64,000 nt of DNA from Cyanophyceae cyanobacterium (GTDB taxonomy: Bacteria; Cyanobacteriota; Cyanobacteriia; Cyanobacteriales; Laspinemataceae), in contig JBBQFN010000013.1 in NCBI GenBank assembly GCA_038321985.1, positions 80,106 to 144,105 of the forward strand. Direction: 5' to 3'. Under the pieces are notes generated by a model. That model saw nothing but the letters and a program-made list of their open reading frames with translations. It was not told the origin of the DNA and did no database searches. Of the stretch, positions 21,992 to 32,022 are shown in pieces (positions within the stretch are counted from its first letter, which is position 1; each line of letters begins with the position of its first letter). A program made the position numbers and the translations under genes.

Positions 21992-22082
21992 TGCTACACC
22001 TTTGATTAACTTTGCCAGCATTAGTCGCTTAGATATCTTGAAATCCCTCTTTACGGAGATAGTCATTCCCCAAGCAGGGTAA
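21975..22082 (+). pseudogene. Truncated DUF3368/PIN-domain toxin
   Basis: GTG start overlapping UPF0175 gives MKIICNATPLINFASISRLDILKSLFTEIVIPQA, cut at the ISAs1 end at 22075. Confidence 0.75.
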
Positions 22083-22697
22083 GCTCATCTAATTTGGTAT
22101 AAATTGTACTTGACAAAAAGACAATTATACAGTTTGTGTCATTTAAGGAGGGACAATTCTATAATGTCTAAAGTAAGTCGGCAAGGTAGGTAAAACTCTA
22201 TGGAGAAAGGATTTGTACCAGTTCAGGCCCCCTCTAAATCAAAGTCAGGGCTTAACAAAAACCAACCGCTTTCTATGGAAAGGTTACAAGGGAGCTTGTC
22301 ACATTATTTTGATGACGTACCGGATCCAAGGGTAAACCGAACCAAACGCCACTTAATCAAAGACATTATGGTAATTGCTTTGTTGTCTACAATAGCTGGA
22401 GGTAATGGATGGGAGGATATGGAAAATTATGGCATCAGTAAGCTGACTTGGTTAAAAGAATTTTTAGAGTTACCGAATGGGATTCCCAGCGATGATACCT
22501 TTAGAAGGGTCTTTGAAAAATTGGACCCCCAAATTTTAGAACAAAAATTGAGCTTATGGGTTCAGCACTTAATTGGGCCAGTTATCCAACAAGTTATTCC
22601 CATTGATGGAAAAACACTTAGAGGGTCTTATGACCGAGAAAACGGGATAAAAAACTTACATTTAGTCACCGCTTGGGCCAGTGAGAATCGGTTGGTA
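22075..22697 (+). mobile_element. ISAs1-family IS, 5' part only
   Basis: Begins with CAGGG at the point where the PIN gene breaks; carries the transposase N-terminus; interrupted by IS630. Confidence 0.85.
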
Positions 22698-22706
22698 AGC
22701 TGTTAA
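22200..22706 (+). pseudogene. ISAs1 transposase, truncated
   Basis: DPRVNRTKRH, LELPNGIPSDDTFRRVF, IDGKTLRGS and LHLVTAWASENRLV, then a stop inside the IS630 end. Confidence 0.9.
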
Positions 22707-23881
22707 GCATTTAAATTGGGATAACTGCGTTTCCCTTATTTTTTAATTTACGGGACCAGCGAATAATTAGCTCTCCTTCATTTAAGAGTTTATGTAATAA
22801 AACCTCTAAATCTTCAATAGAGGTAAATAATCGATGAGCAATATATTCTTTAGCTGAGTGCCAAACCAACTCTATCAAGTTGTAGTCCGGGCTATATTTC
22901 GGAAGAAACTCTAATTGGATGTTTGGCATATTTTCCCCAATTTTTTGGATAAACTCTGCCTTTTTATGAAAACTGGCATTATCAAGAAGAATAATAATTC
23001 GGGGTCCGTTTACTGAAAAATCATGGGCAGATTTTCCCGGCTCACCCCATTCTTGGATTAGCTCTTGATAAAAAACTTGTAAAACGTTATAAAAACTTTC
23101 CGAATTGCTGGTTTTCAAAAACTCCACAAATCTTTTTTTGTCAGAATACCGGATTCCCCCCATGACATTGACCCGTCCATTTCTCCTATCACCCCTTAGC
23201 TGCTTTCGCTTTCCTTTTTTACACCAACTTTTTCTTCTTATTACTCTCAAACTAAATCCACTTTCGTCCCAAAACCATATCTGCAAAAGCTCGGGTGTTT
23301 CTTTTTCTATCTTTAAATACTCGGCTAATTTTTTTTTAAACTCTTTTCTCTCTTCCTCATTCCTCTTAGACTCTAAGCTATATTTTCCCCAAATGTAGAC
23401 ATACTTTTTTTAGCTAATATCCTTCTGACTTGAGAGCCACTCAGTTGAATTCCGGTTATTTCATGCAAATAAGTAGCTAATCTATGAGCCGTCCATCGTC
23501 CAAATTCATATCCTAACTCACTCGGTTCTTTGGATAGGGTCTCCAATAAAAGGTTGACATACTCTTCAGTGGCCCTCTTGTTATTGCCTTCCATCCTCTT
23601 GTCTCTTAAACTTTCCAGATTATCGGGGTCTCCATGAATACACCAATGGCATACTGTATTGATTGAGCAGCCAATAAATTGAGCGATTTTCGCTTGAGTC
23701 TTTCCATCGTTCAGTAAGAGAAGCATTAAGAGCCTTTGTCGGATCTCCCCATTGGGTTCCTCTTTCAGGGCTTTTTGAAGTTTTTTGACTTGTTCAGGCG
23801 TTAAACAATTGGCAGCTGGCATGGGCTTGATTGTTATGGGGGGGTCTGACTATTATACTAATTTAAATGCTGAACAGCTTA
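22696..23881 (-). mobile_element. IS630-family IS, apparently complete
   Basis: Terminal inverted repeats TAAGCTGTT(A/C)AGCATTTAAATT (21/22 match) including a TA at each end. Confidence 0.92.
22711..23822 (-). CDS. IS630 transposase in two ORFs joined by a probable -1 frameshift
   Basis: HTH ORF 23373-23822 and DDE ORF (WDESGF, LDNASFH, YSPDYNLIELVW); slippery A AAA AAG at ~23404-23411. Confidence 0.88.
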
Positions 23882-24731
23882 TCGCACTTTAAAAGATAAA
23901 GTCATCGAACGGACCGCCCAACTCGCTGAGGCGAATGAAGAAATCAGCACCCTGAATGGACTGCTCAAATCCGACAACCTGCGGATGAGTGCCGAACTGG
24001 ATGTTACCCGTCAACTGCAACAAAAAATGTTGCCTCGACCTGAAGAATTGCAGGCGATTCCTGGCTTAGAAATTGCCGGATTTATGGAACCGGCAGATGA
24101 AATTGGGGGAGATTATTATGATGTGTTGAACCATGAGGGACATATCAAAATTGGGATTGGGGATGTCACGGGGCATGGATTAGAAGCGGGAATGGTGATG
24201 GTGATGGTGATGGTGCAAACCGCTGTGCGGACCTTACTGGTAAATGATGAAACCGATTATGTGAAATTTTTAAATACTATCAACCGGATGATTCATGATA
24301 ACGTAGCGCGGATGCAGACCGATAAGAACCTGAGTTTATCGTTACTGGATTATGCCGATGGTGTGTTGCGGATTAGTGGACAACATGAGGAGATTCTGAT
24401 TGTCCGAGGTACGGGAAAAATTGAGCGACTGGATACGATTGATTTAGGATTTCCGGTGGGGTTAGAGTTGGATATTTCTGATTTTATTACCCAGGCGGAA
24501 GTGGCGTTAAATCCTGGGGATGGGGTGGTGCTTTATACCGATGGGATACCGGAGGCGGCAAATATGGCGGGAGATTTATATGGGATGGACCGATTCTGTG
24601 AGGTGGTGTCGCAGCATTGGCAGGAGTCGGCGGAGGAGATTCGGTCCGGGGTGATTCAGCATTTGCGGGAGTTTATTGGGGAACAGAAGGTGTTTGATGA
24701 TATTACCTTGGTAGTGATGAAGCAGCGGTGA
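23880..24731 (+). pseudogene. PP2C/SpoIIE (RsbU-like) phosphatase, 5'-truncated
   Basis: Frame open from the IS630 TA (YRTLKDKVIERTAQLAEANEEI...). Motifs GGDYYD, GDVTGHG, YTDGIPE and DDITL; sensor N-terminus missing. Confidence 0.8.
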
Positions 24732-24912
24732 TGAGGGAGGAATAAATACTCCATCCTATTTTCGGGGGAGAGAGGTAAGGCCCCTACAGAGCGGTTGCCT
24801 CTGCATCCCCTGTCCTCTGGACTGGTTCATGAACTCTTCATTTCGTTCAGTCTTTACTAAACAGTCAAAACTTTGTTACAATTTTGAAGAGAACAATTGA
24901 TCTGGGGCAAGT

Positions 24913-25425
24913 ATGTCCAGGGTAGATAAAAAAGAGCAACAGTTTGAACTAAAGCGCTTTGTGGAAGAAGTGGGCCTGTTGTTTGAACTAAGCGGGATGC
25001 CAAGGATGGCGGGGCGAATTCTCGGCTGGCTGTTAATTGCAGACCCACCCCATCAGTCCTTGACTCAACTGGCGGAAGCGTTACAGGCTTCTAAAGGCTC
25101 CATTAGTACGATGTCTCGGTTCTTGATTCAAGCGGGAATTGTCGATCGCGTCAGTTTACCGGGCGATCGTCGAGATTATTTTTCTATCAAATTGGATGCC
25201 TGGACGGAATTAATTCAACAAAAAACTGCCCAAATCAAAGCCATTCGGGAGATAGCCGAACGGGGATTAGAGTTACTGGATGGCAAACCGGCACAGCGTC
25301 GGCAAAGACTGGAGGAAATGCGAGATTTTCACGCCTTTTTTGAGGGAGAACTGCCCCGGTTGAGTCAACGCTGGGAAGCGGAACGACAGATCGAGTCCCC
25401 TCGGTCCAAATTTAAAAAGCCATAA
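24913..25425 (+). CDS. GbsR/MarR family transcriptional regulator
   Basis: GMPRMAGRILGWLL, LQASKGSIST winged helix and PGDRRDYF. Confidence 0.88.
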   Translation: MSRVDKKEQQFELKRFVEEVGLLFELSGMPRMAGRILGWLLIADPPHQSLTQLAEALQASKGSISTMSRFLIQAGIVDRVSLPGDRRDYFSIKLDAWTELIQQKTAQIKAIREIAERGLELLDGKPAQRRQRLEEMRDFHAFFEGELPRLSQRWEAERQIESPRSKFKKP

Positions 25426-25524
25426 CTGAGCGATCGCCTTCTCAACCCTCCGTCAATCTGTAGGTTTAAGTTTTAAAAAATCATTAATCCCGGCACCTCT
25501 CCAGCGGGAAACAGGAGTACACCA

Positions 25525-27432
25525 ATGCAACGGCCATCTAGTGTAGAGCAAGTTACCGAATCTGAAAATAACCATAAAAAACCCCCAGTCGCGCCCCCAC
25601 CGCAGGACTTCAAACCCCAAGGGAAACGGCGGTATAAGCGCGTACTCATGGCGGCGATCGCGGCTGGATTATTAGGACTCGGCATTTTTAGCTATAGAAC
25701 CTACCAAAACGCTCAACCTAAAACCGATGCGATCGCTGAAATCACGGTGCCGGTAGATACCCAAACCCTGACTGTCCGCATCCAAGCCAGTGGGACCGTC
25801 CGACCGATTCAGAACGTCAATCTATCCCCAAAAAGTGCTGGCCGCATCGCTGAATTATACGTTGAACAAGGGGACCAAGTAGAAGCTGGAACAGTGGTCG
25901 CCCGGATGGAAAGTCAGGAAGTAGAAGCCCAACGGCTACAAGCTCAGGCGAGATTAGAACAAGCTCAAGCTAGACTGGCTCAACTACGCGCCGGAAATCG
26001 GCCCCAGGAAGTCGCTCAAGCCCGCGCCAGACTTGCCCAAGCTGAAGCTGGACTGGCTCAACTGCGCGCCGGAAATCGGCCCCAGGAAATCGCCCAAGCG
26101 GAAGCTAGACTGGCCCAAGCTGAAGCTAGACTGGCTCAACTACGCGCCGGAAATCGCTCCCAGGAAATCGCCCAAGCGGAAGCTAGACTCGCTCAAGCGG
26201 AAGCTAGACTGGCTCAACTGCGCGCCGGAAATCGCTCCCAGGAGGTGGCTCAAGCGGAAGCTAGACTCACCCAAGCCCAAGCCCGTTTAGACGCACTTCG
26301 TTCCGGTAGCCGTCAAGACGAGATGGATCAAGCTCAAAGTCAAATTGAGGAAGCTGAAGCAACGGTGTCCCTGACGGCAGAACGAGTGCGACGCAATCAA
26401 GAACTGGTGGAGGAAGGGGCTATTTCTCGCGATCGCTTCGATGAAGTGGTCACGGAAAATCGTCGCGCCCAAACTAACTTAGTGCGATCGCAGCAACGGT
26501 TAGAACAACTGATTCGCAGTAGACAAGAGGCGATCGCAGAAGCCGAAGCCCAAGTTACCGAAGCCCGTCAAGGTTTAGAACTCCAAGCTAGCGGTGCGCG
26601 TCCTGAAGAAATCACTCGCGCTGAAGCTGAAGTGGCCGAAGCCCGTCAAGGGGTAGAAATCCAAGAAAGCGGCGCGCGTCCTGAAGAAATCACCCGCGCT
26701 GAAGCTGAAGTGGCCGAAGCTCGTCAAGCCCTATCGGTTCAAGAAAGCGGTGCTCGTCCTGAAGAATTGCTCCGGGTTGAAGCTGAAGTACGCGAAGCCG
26801 AAGCCCAACTCAGGGCGGTAGAAGTGCAGGTAGAAGATACCATTATTCGCGCCCCCTTCGCCGGTCAAATTACCCAGCGATACGCTACGGAAGGCTCATT
26901 TGTAACTCCAACAACTTCGGCTTCTAGTGCTGGAAGTGCTACATCGACCTCGATTGTCGCCCTGGCTAGAGGGTTAGAAATTTTAGCTCAAGTCCCAGAA
27001 GCTGATATTAGTCAAATTAAATCCGGTCAGCAAGTGGAGGTTCGGGCGGATGCCTATCCTGATGAAGGATTTCAAGGAAAAGTGAATTTAATCGCCCCAG
27101 AAGCAATTAAACAACAGGATGTAACGTTGTTTGAAGTCCGGATCGATCTAGAATCTGGGATTGATACTTTGCAATCGGGGATGAATGTTGATGTCACTTT
27201 CTTAGGAGATCAACTGGATAATGCCTTAGTGGTACCGACGGTGGCGATCGTCACCAACAAAGGTGATACAGGGGTTTTAGTTCCCAACGCTCAAGGTAAA
27301 GCAGAGTTTCGGTCTGTTACGATTGGACCCACTTTAGGCAATCAGATTCAAATTTTGGAAGGATTAAATCCTGGCGATCGCGTTTTTATTGGTCTTCCGG
27401 AAGGGCAAAAACTGGAAGATATTTTGAAATAA
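25525..27432 (+). CDS. Efflux periplasmic adaptor subunit (HlyD/MacA-like) with expanded hairpin
   Basis: N-terminal TM, lipoyl halves (GRIAELYVEQGDQV; IIRAPFAGQI), C-terminal VVPTVAI...GLNPGDRV. Confidence 0.9.
   Translation: MQRPSSVEQVTESENNHKKPPVAPPPQDFKPQGKRRYKRVLMAAIAAGLLGLGIFSYRTYQNAQPKTDAIAEITVPVDTQTLTVRIQASGTVRPIQNVNLSPKSAGRIAELYVEQGDQVEAGTVVARMESQEVEAQRLQAQARLEQAQARLAQLRAGNRPQEVAQARARLAQAEAGLAQLRAGNRPQEIAQAEARLAQAEARLAQLRAGNRSQEIAQAEARLAQAEARLAQLRAGNRSQEVAQAEARLTQAQARLDALRSGSRQDEMDQAQSQIEEAEATVSLTAERVRRNQELVEEGAISRDRFDEVVTENRRAQTNLVRSQQRLEQLIRSRQEAIAEAEAQVTEARQGLELQASGARPEEITRAEAEVAEARQGVEIQESGARPEEITRAEAEVAEARQALSVQESGARPEELLRVEAEVREAEAQLRAVEVQVEDTIIRAPFAGQITQRYATEGSFVTPTTSASSAGSATSTSIVALARGLEILAQVPEADISQIKSGQQVEVRADAYPDEGFQGKVNLIAPEAIKQQDVTLFEVRIDLESGIDTLQSGMNVDVTFLGDQLDNALVVPTVAIVTNKGDTGVLVPNAQGKAEFRSVTIGPTLGNQIQILEGLNPGDRVFIGLPEGQKLEDILK
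25975..26286 (+). repeat. 78-bp in-frame tandem repeat x4
   Basis: CTGGCTCAACT(A/G)CGCGCCGGAAATCG starts at 25975, 26053, 26131 and 26209. Confidence 0.9.
26569..26802 (+). repeat. Second 78-bp in-frame tandem repeat x3
   Basis: SGARPEE-containing 26-aa units start at 26569, 26647 and 26725. Confidence 0.85.
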
Positions 27433-27586
27433 GGTTGGGTGCGGAGGAGAGCAGGGGAGAAGAAAGAATTGAAGTTGTGACACCGAACATTAACAGAACA
27501 AGGACCGCAAGTGGTAACCCCGAACAATTAAGAACGATTGAAGTCATGACACCGAACCTTTGAATCTTTGCTATTACCTTAAAATT

Positions 27587-28804
27587 ATGAATTTTTTAGA
27601 AAGCGTAAAGATGGCATCTAAAACCTTGGTTGCCAATAAAATGCGAAGCAGTCTAACGATGCTAGGGATTATTATCGGCAATGCCTCGGTGATTGCGACG
27701 ATTGGGATGGGTGAGGGTGCACAGAATTTTGTGGGTCAGCAAGTGGAATCCCTGGGGACGAATTTGTTATTTATTGTGCCGGGAAGTCCGAAAGCTCAAA
27801 CTCGCCCGGTGAGTTCACCCCAGACTTTGGTGTTGGCGGATGCAGAGGCGATCGCTTCTCAAGTTCCCTCAGTAAAGGAGGTTTCACCCCAGGTAACGGG
27901 GATGCAACGAATCACCTATGGCAATGCCAATCAATCCACGACTATTGTAGGGGTGACGCCGGAGTTTTTAACCGTCCGTAACTTTGATGTTGCTCAAGGT
28001 CGATTTATTACTAACTTGGATTTGAAACGCAATGAACAAGTGGTAGCATTGGGTGCGGATGTGGCGGAAACTCTATTTGGAAATACAGACCCAATCGGCA
28101 AACAAATCCGCATTAAGAATTTATCTTTTTCGGTGATTGGAGTGATGCAACCGAAGGGTTCTACGTTTGGACAGAACCAAGATGATGTGGTGTTGGTGCC
28201 GTTAACGACGATGGCGAATCGGATTACGGGGAATACTTCACCGTATGGGACAAGAATTAATTTTATTTCCGTGTCAGTGCAGAATGAAGAAAGTATGAAG
28301 GCGGCACAGTTCCAAATTGAAAATTTGCTGCGCTTGCGACATCAGATTATTGATGAAGATGATTTTACGGTTCGTAATCAGAAGGATTTGCAGGCAACGA
28401 TGGGGGCGATTACGGGTGCGCTAACATTGTTGTTGGCGGCGGTTGCCAGTATCTCCCTGTTTGTAGGGGGAATTGGGATTATGAATATTATGTTAGTTTC
28501 GGTGACGGAACGCACGAAGGAAATTGGGTTAAGAAAGGCGATCGGGGCGTCTGAACAGGATATTTTAATGCAATTTGTGATCGAGGCAGTGATTTTATCG
28601 GTTGCCGGGGGTTTGGTGGGAATTTTTGTCGGGGTGAGTGGCATCTGGCTTATTAGTAGTTTTACGCCGTTTGATGCCGGGATTTCTACAATGGCGATCG
28701 CCTTAGCAACCGGAGTATCTGGTGCAACGGGGTTATTCTTTGGCGTCGTTCCTGCTAAAAAAGCAGCCCAACTGGATCCGATTGTCGCTTTGCGCGGTGC
28801 CTAG
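27587..28804 (+). CDS. MacB/FtsX-like ABC transporter permease
   Basis: RSSLTMLGIIIG, GGIGIMNIMLVSVTERTKEIGLRKAIGA and PAKKAAQLDPIVALR. Confidence 0.92.
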   Translation: MNFLESVKMASKTLVANKMRSSLTMLGIIIGNASVIATIGMGEGAQNFVGQQVESLGTNLLFIVPGSPKAQTRPVSSPQTLVLADAEAIASQVPSVKEVSPQVTGMQRITYGNANQSTTIVGVTPEFLTVRNFDVAQGRFITNLDLKRNEQVVALGADVAETLFGNTDPIGKQIRIKNLSFSVIGVMQPKGSTFGQNQDDVVLVPLTTMANRITGNTSPYGTRINFISVSVQNEESMKAAQFQIENLLRLRHQIIDEDDFTVRNQKDLQATMGAITGALTLLLAAVASISLFVGGIGIMNIMLVSVTERTKEIGLRKAIGASEQDILMQFVIEAVILSVAGGLVGIFVGVSGIWLISSFTPFDAGISTMAIALATGVSGATGLFFGVVPAKKAAQLDPIVALRGA

Positions 28805-29024
28805 GAAAACCCAGGGTGTTGTTAACTCCTATTGTCGGTTTTGCGAATGTAGGAGCAATATTTTAAATATAGTCTAAGTATTTTGGGAAGAGTTTACCTT
28901 GATTCCGGTCAAGGTTATTAATATTATCAGTTTTATGATAATTTTGCAGCCAGTGTATTTTAGGGTATCTAAAGATTTAATCCAAAAATTTATAATTGAA
29001 TAGGTTTTTCACAGAAATGATTAT

Positions 29025-30041
29025 TTATTGTTTAGAAGCAGAAAATTCCCTCTCGTCTAATAAATTTTGCTGCTTAATTTGAATAGCTAATTCATGAATC
29101 ATAGAAATACAAACTGAATTACCAATTTGTTTATAGCATTCTCCAGTCTTAGGATGTCTTGTAAAATTATCAGGAAACCCCATAATTCGATAACACTCAT
29201 TAAGTGTTAATTTCCGCACCGCATTTTCTTCAGGAATATAAATAAAAAAGCGGCCTGATGTTTCCTGGGATGGTAAAGTTGGATGAACCCCCTTAACAGA
29301 ATAAATCCGATTAGGTTGTCTATGAACTCTCGACAGATGTTCTGTATTAGGTCTAATTCCTGTTTTCCAAATGTTTTTATTACGATATCCTACAAAAATC
29401 AATCCTGAAATTTGGGGTTTAGGATGTTCAATCAAAGTGTACTCGTCAGGTTTCAAATACTCAAACGGTCCTTCTTTATCTAAATATTCTTCAAGACTAG
29501 GAGTAGGAACTTGTTTTTTGATTAAATCAAAATTAAATTTCCGATTTAAAGTACCAATAATAATAACCCGCTCTCGATTTTGGGGTAATTTGAAATCTTT
29601 AGAATTTAATAAATTATAAGTGACAGAATATCCTAAATCTTCTAAAGAATAAAGAATCGTGTCCAATACTTTGCCCTGGTCCAAATGAAGCAGGTGCTTA
29701 ACATTTTCCAAGACAATCACTTTAGGTTTTTTTATTTCAATAATTTTGCATAAGTGAAAAAATAGGGTTCCTCTCGTGTCCTTAAAGCCATTTCGTTTTC
29801 CGGATATACTAAAAGGCTGACAAGGAAAACCCGCTGTTAATACATCATGATTCGGAATATTTTCAATATCTAAAGTAGTAATGTCTTTTTCGGGTAAATC
29901 CCCAAAATTTTGATAATAAACTTTCTGACAAGATTCATTAATTTCACAGGAGGAAACACAATGATAACCGGCTTTTTCAAAAGCAATACGGAACCCTCCA
30001 ATTCCGGCAAATAAGTCAATAAATTTAATCGAATCAGACAC
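29025..30041 (-). CDS. DNA (cytosine-5)-methyltransferase, orphan
   Basis: Motif I DLFAGIGG, IV GFPCQPFS, VI ENV, VIII PQNRER and X QIGNSV; AT-rich, no HIP1 seen. Confidence 0.93.
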   Translation of the reverse strand: MSDSIKFIDLFAGIGGFRIAFEKAGYHCVSSCEINESCQKVYYQNFGDLPEKDITTLDIENIPNHDVLTAGFPCQPFSISGKRNGFKDTRGTLFFHLCKIIEIKKPKVIVLENVKHLLHLDQGKVLDTILYSLEDLGYSVTYNLLNSKDFKLPQNRERVIIIGTLNRKFNFDLIKKQVPTPSLEEYLDKEGPFEYLKPDEYTLIEHPKPQISGLIFVGYRNKNIWKTGIRPNTEHLSRVHRQPNRIYSVKGVHPTLPSQETSGRFFIYIPEENAVRKLTLNECYRIMGFPDNFTRHPKTGECYKQIGNSVCISMIHELAIQIKQQNLLDEREFSASKQ

Positions 30042-30102
30042 TAATTTTTAAATTGAAGTGAATAGAATTTTAAGAATTATAGCATATAACTTAGAAAAAT
30101 CC

Positions 30103-30354
30103 TAGCCGCGTTTGAATCAACTTCTCCCGAGTTTAGGGGAGGCGATCGCGGAAGTGGAAGCTCAACTTACACTGAAGCAGTCCAGCCTTAGAACTCGAAC
30201 GCCGTAAACCGTTGCGGGGTGACGGAACCCACGAAGGAAATTGGATGGAGAAAGGCGATCGCCTCATCTGAGGAGGATATTTTAAGGCAATGGGTGCAAA
30301 ACTCGATCCAATTGTCGCCTTGCAGGGGACGAAGGAAAACCCTGGCTGTTGTTA
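30103..30354 (+). pseudogene. Collapsed relic copy of the adaptor/permease operon
   Basis: Three fused segments resembling ~26491-26595, ~28501-28579 and ~28770-28826. Confidence 0.75.
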
Positions 30355-30423
30355 TACCCCCATCGGGCGAACTTTTATACTTAATCCGGGATTTCAATCC
30401 TGAGGAACATTTCTCTATAAACT

Positions 30424-30462
30424 AAAAGCGATCGCTCTTGTGTTGTGCCAGCGATCGCTTTT
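30424..30462. terminator. HIP1-based hairpin terminator
   Basis: AAAAGCGATCGCT...AGCGATCGCTTTT with a T-tract. Confidence 0.55.
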
Positions 30463-30488
30463 TTATTTTTATTATCTCTCACAGTATT

Positions 30489-30791
30489 TTAACAGGTTTT
30501 GCTAATTAATCTGAAGCGTCCCCAAAAGTCCACATACCGGACATTGGAGTTTGCAGACACGCGTACTGAACCCATACTCAAGGTCGTTTGCTTTACAATT
30601 CTTAACTCTTCGGGATATCGGGGTTGGGGGTCATTTTCTAACCAAATCGGAGGGACCATCATGGGGTCATAGGCTGCAATAGTATCGGTAACTCCAGGCC
30701 GATCCTTGAACTGAACCTGCTGTCCCGGATGAAAGATGACCGCTTCTTCTTGTTCTAGGTCCTTATCAGATCCAATTGTGACAGCAACCAT
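30489..30791 (-). CDS. Hypothetical protein
   Basis: 100-aa ORF with AGGAG SD; segment YDPMMVPPIWLENDPQPRYPEEL. Confidence 0.65.
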   Translation of the reverse strand: MVAVTIGSDKDLEQEEAVIFHPGQQVQFKDRPGVTDTIAAYDPMMVPPIWLENDPQPRYPEELRIVKQTTLSMGSVRVSANSNVRYVDFWGRFRLISKTC

Positions 30792-31398
30792 AAATTTCTC
30801 CTTAATATCAGTGTATTTTTATTTAGATTAACCTTTTTAGGTCAAGGTTTGCTAAAAAATACAAAAATTGTTACAAACTTGACAGAAATATAAAAACTCT
30901 TGAAAATGGGCCTTTTGAATCTATCCCTGGGTAGGTGTCAAGTGCGAAATCAGCCCCCCTAAACTCGATGCTTAGCCGGGATTGTAGCTTTTAAATGACC
31001 CAATTAGAGGGCACTGAAGGGGTTATCGAGGGAGCTATTTTATGCTCAAACGCTTATAGGCATAGGTTTCTAGGGATTTTAACTCTGCTTAATTAGCCTG
31101 AATCTAAAAAAATAATTAAGGTTAGCAAAGGCAAGCGAGCGATCGCTCCCTTTGTTACTAATCAATAAGTGATTATACTTAAGTATAAATTCTTAGTGAA
31201 TGGACCGCAGTCGGCTTAACCACCCATTACCTTTTCCCTATCTTAGATAATGAGTAAATACACTTAATATTCCTCAAAATAGAAGAAGGACGCCCGTCAA
31301 GTGTGCGTCCCTCCGATGCCAACAGAAATCTAGTCTTAAATTCCGGGAGTCAATCTAGTCGGTTTCTCAAAAAGCGATCGCCCCGGAAGCGAGAACCA

Positions 31399-32022
31399 TT
31401 AGGATGTCAGCCAATCCTTGATTAAGTCCAGCAGGCTGGAACCACCAAACCAAAGCGCCATCAAAATAGAGATAGAGAGCGTAAACCCCATCAAACAAAG
31501 CACTAAACCGCCGAGGCTAATAGCGCCATCATCATCAAGCAGACCGAAGCCGGTCACAAAAACCCCGATCGCCGGTAACGTATTTGTCCCGGGGATAGGA
31601 ATCATCATGGAAATTGCCATCAGGGCGATCATGCTGCCGATGAGGATCCGACCCGATAAACTCTTGCAGATATAAGTCAAGCGGGGACGAGATAACAACT
31701 CGATTTTCTCCAACCAGGGAATCCCCGCTTTTAAAATGCCTTGCACCTTTGACAAGGCGATCGGGTAATTCATCATCCGATTCGGCAGCCAAGGCCGTTT
31801 AGCCCCTGCAATCAGTTGAATGGCGAGTAGAAAAATCAAAATTCCAAACGGAGTGGAGTATCCCGGCGCAGGTAACGGCAATGCTGAAGGCCACGCCAGC
31901 AACACAAATAAAAACCCGAAAATACGCTCTCCAGCTAGCAAGATTAGATCCGCCAAAATCACGCGATCGGGGCGTTCTTCTTCAAAAAAATAGCGATGCA
32001 ATTCAACAGAAAGTCGAGCCAC
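31399..32022 (-). CDS. Exopolysaccharide synthesis ExoD family membrane protein
   Basis: ALPLPAPGYSTPFG, PWLP and PIPGTNTLPA...DDG motifs. Start set at GTG 32022 (MARLSVEL). Confidence 0.88.
   Translation of the reverse strand: MARLSVELHRYFFEEERPDRVILADLILLAGERIFGFLFVLLAWPSALPLPAPGYSTPFGILIFLLAIQLIAGAKRPWLPNRMMNYPIALSKVQGILKAGIPWLEKIELLSRPRLTYICKSLSGRILIGSMIALMAISMMIPIPGTNTLPAIGVFVTGFGLLDDDGAISLGGLVLCLMGFTLSISILMALWFGGSSLLDLIKDWLTS

Noticed and set aside
27469..27557. Three spaced GAAGT..TGACACCGAAC-like direct repeats resembling a mini-CRISPR
   Set aside because: Units are short and degenerate with uneven ~12-20 bp gaps, and there are no cas genes. Similar single copies occur at ~8948 and ~48510, so this is a dispersed REP-like repeat.
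30219..30425. 68-aa ORF resembling a permease fragment
   Set aside because: Part of the degenerate duplicated relic, not a functional gene.
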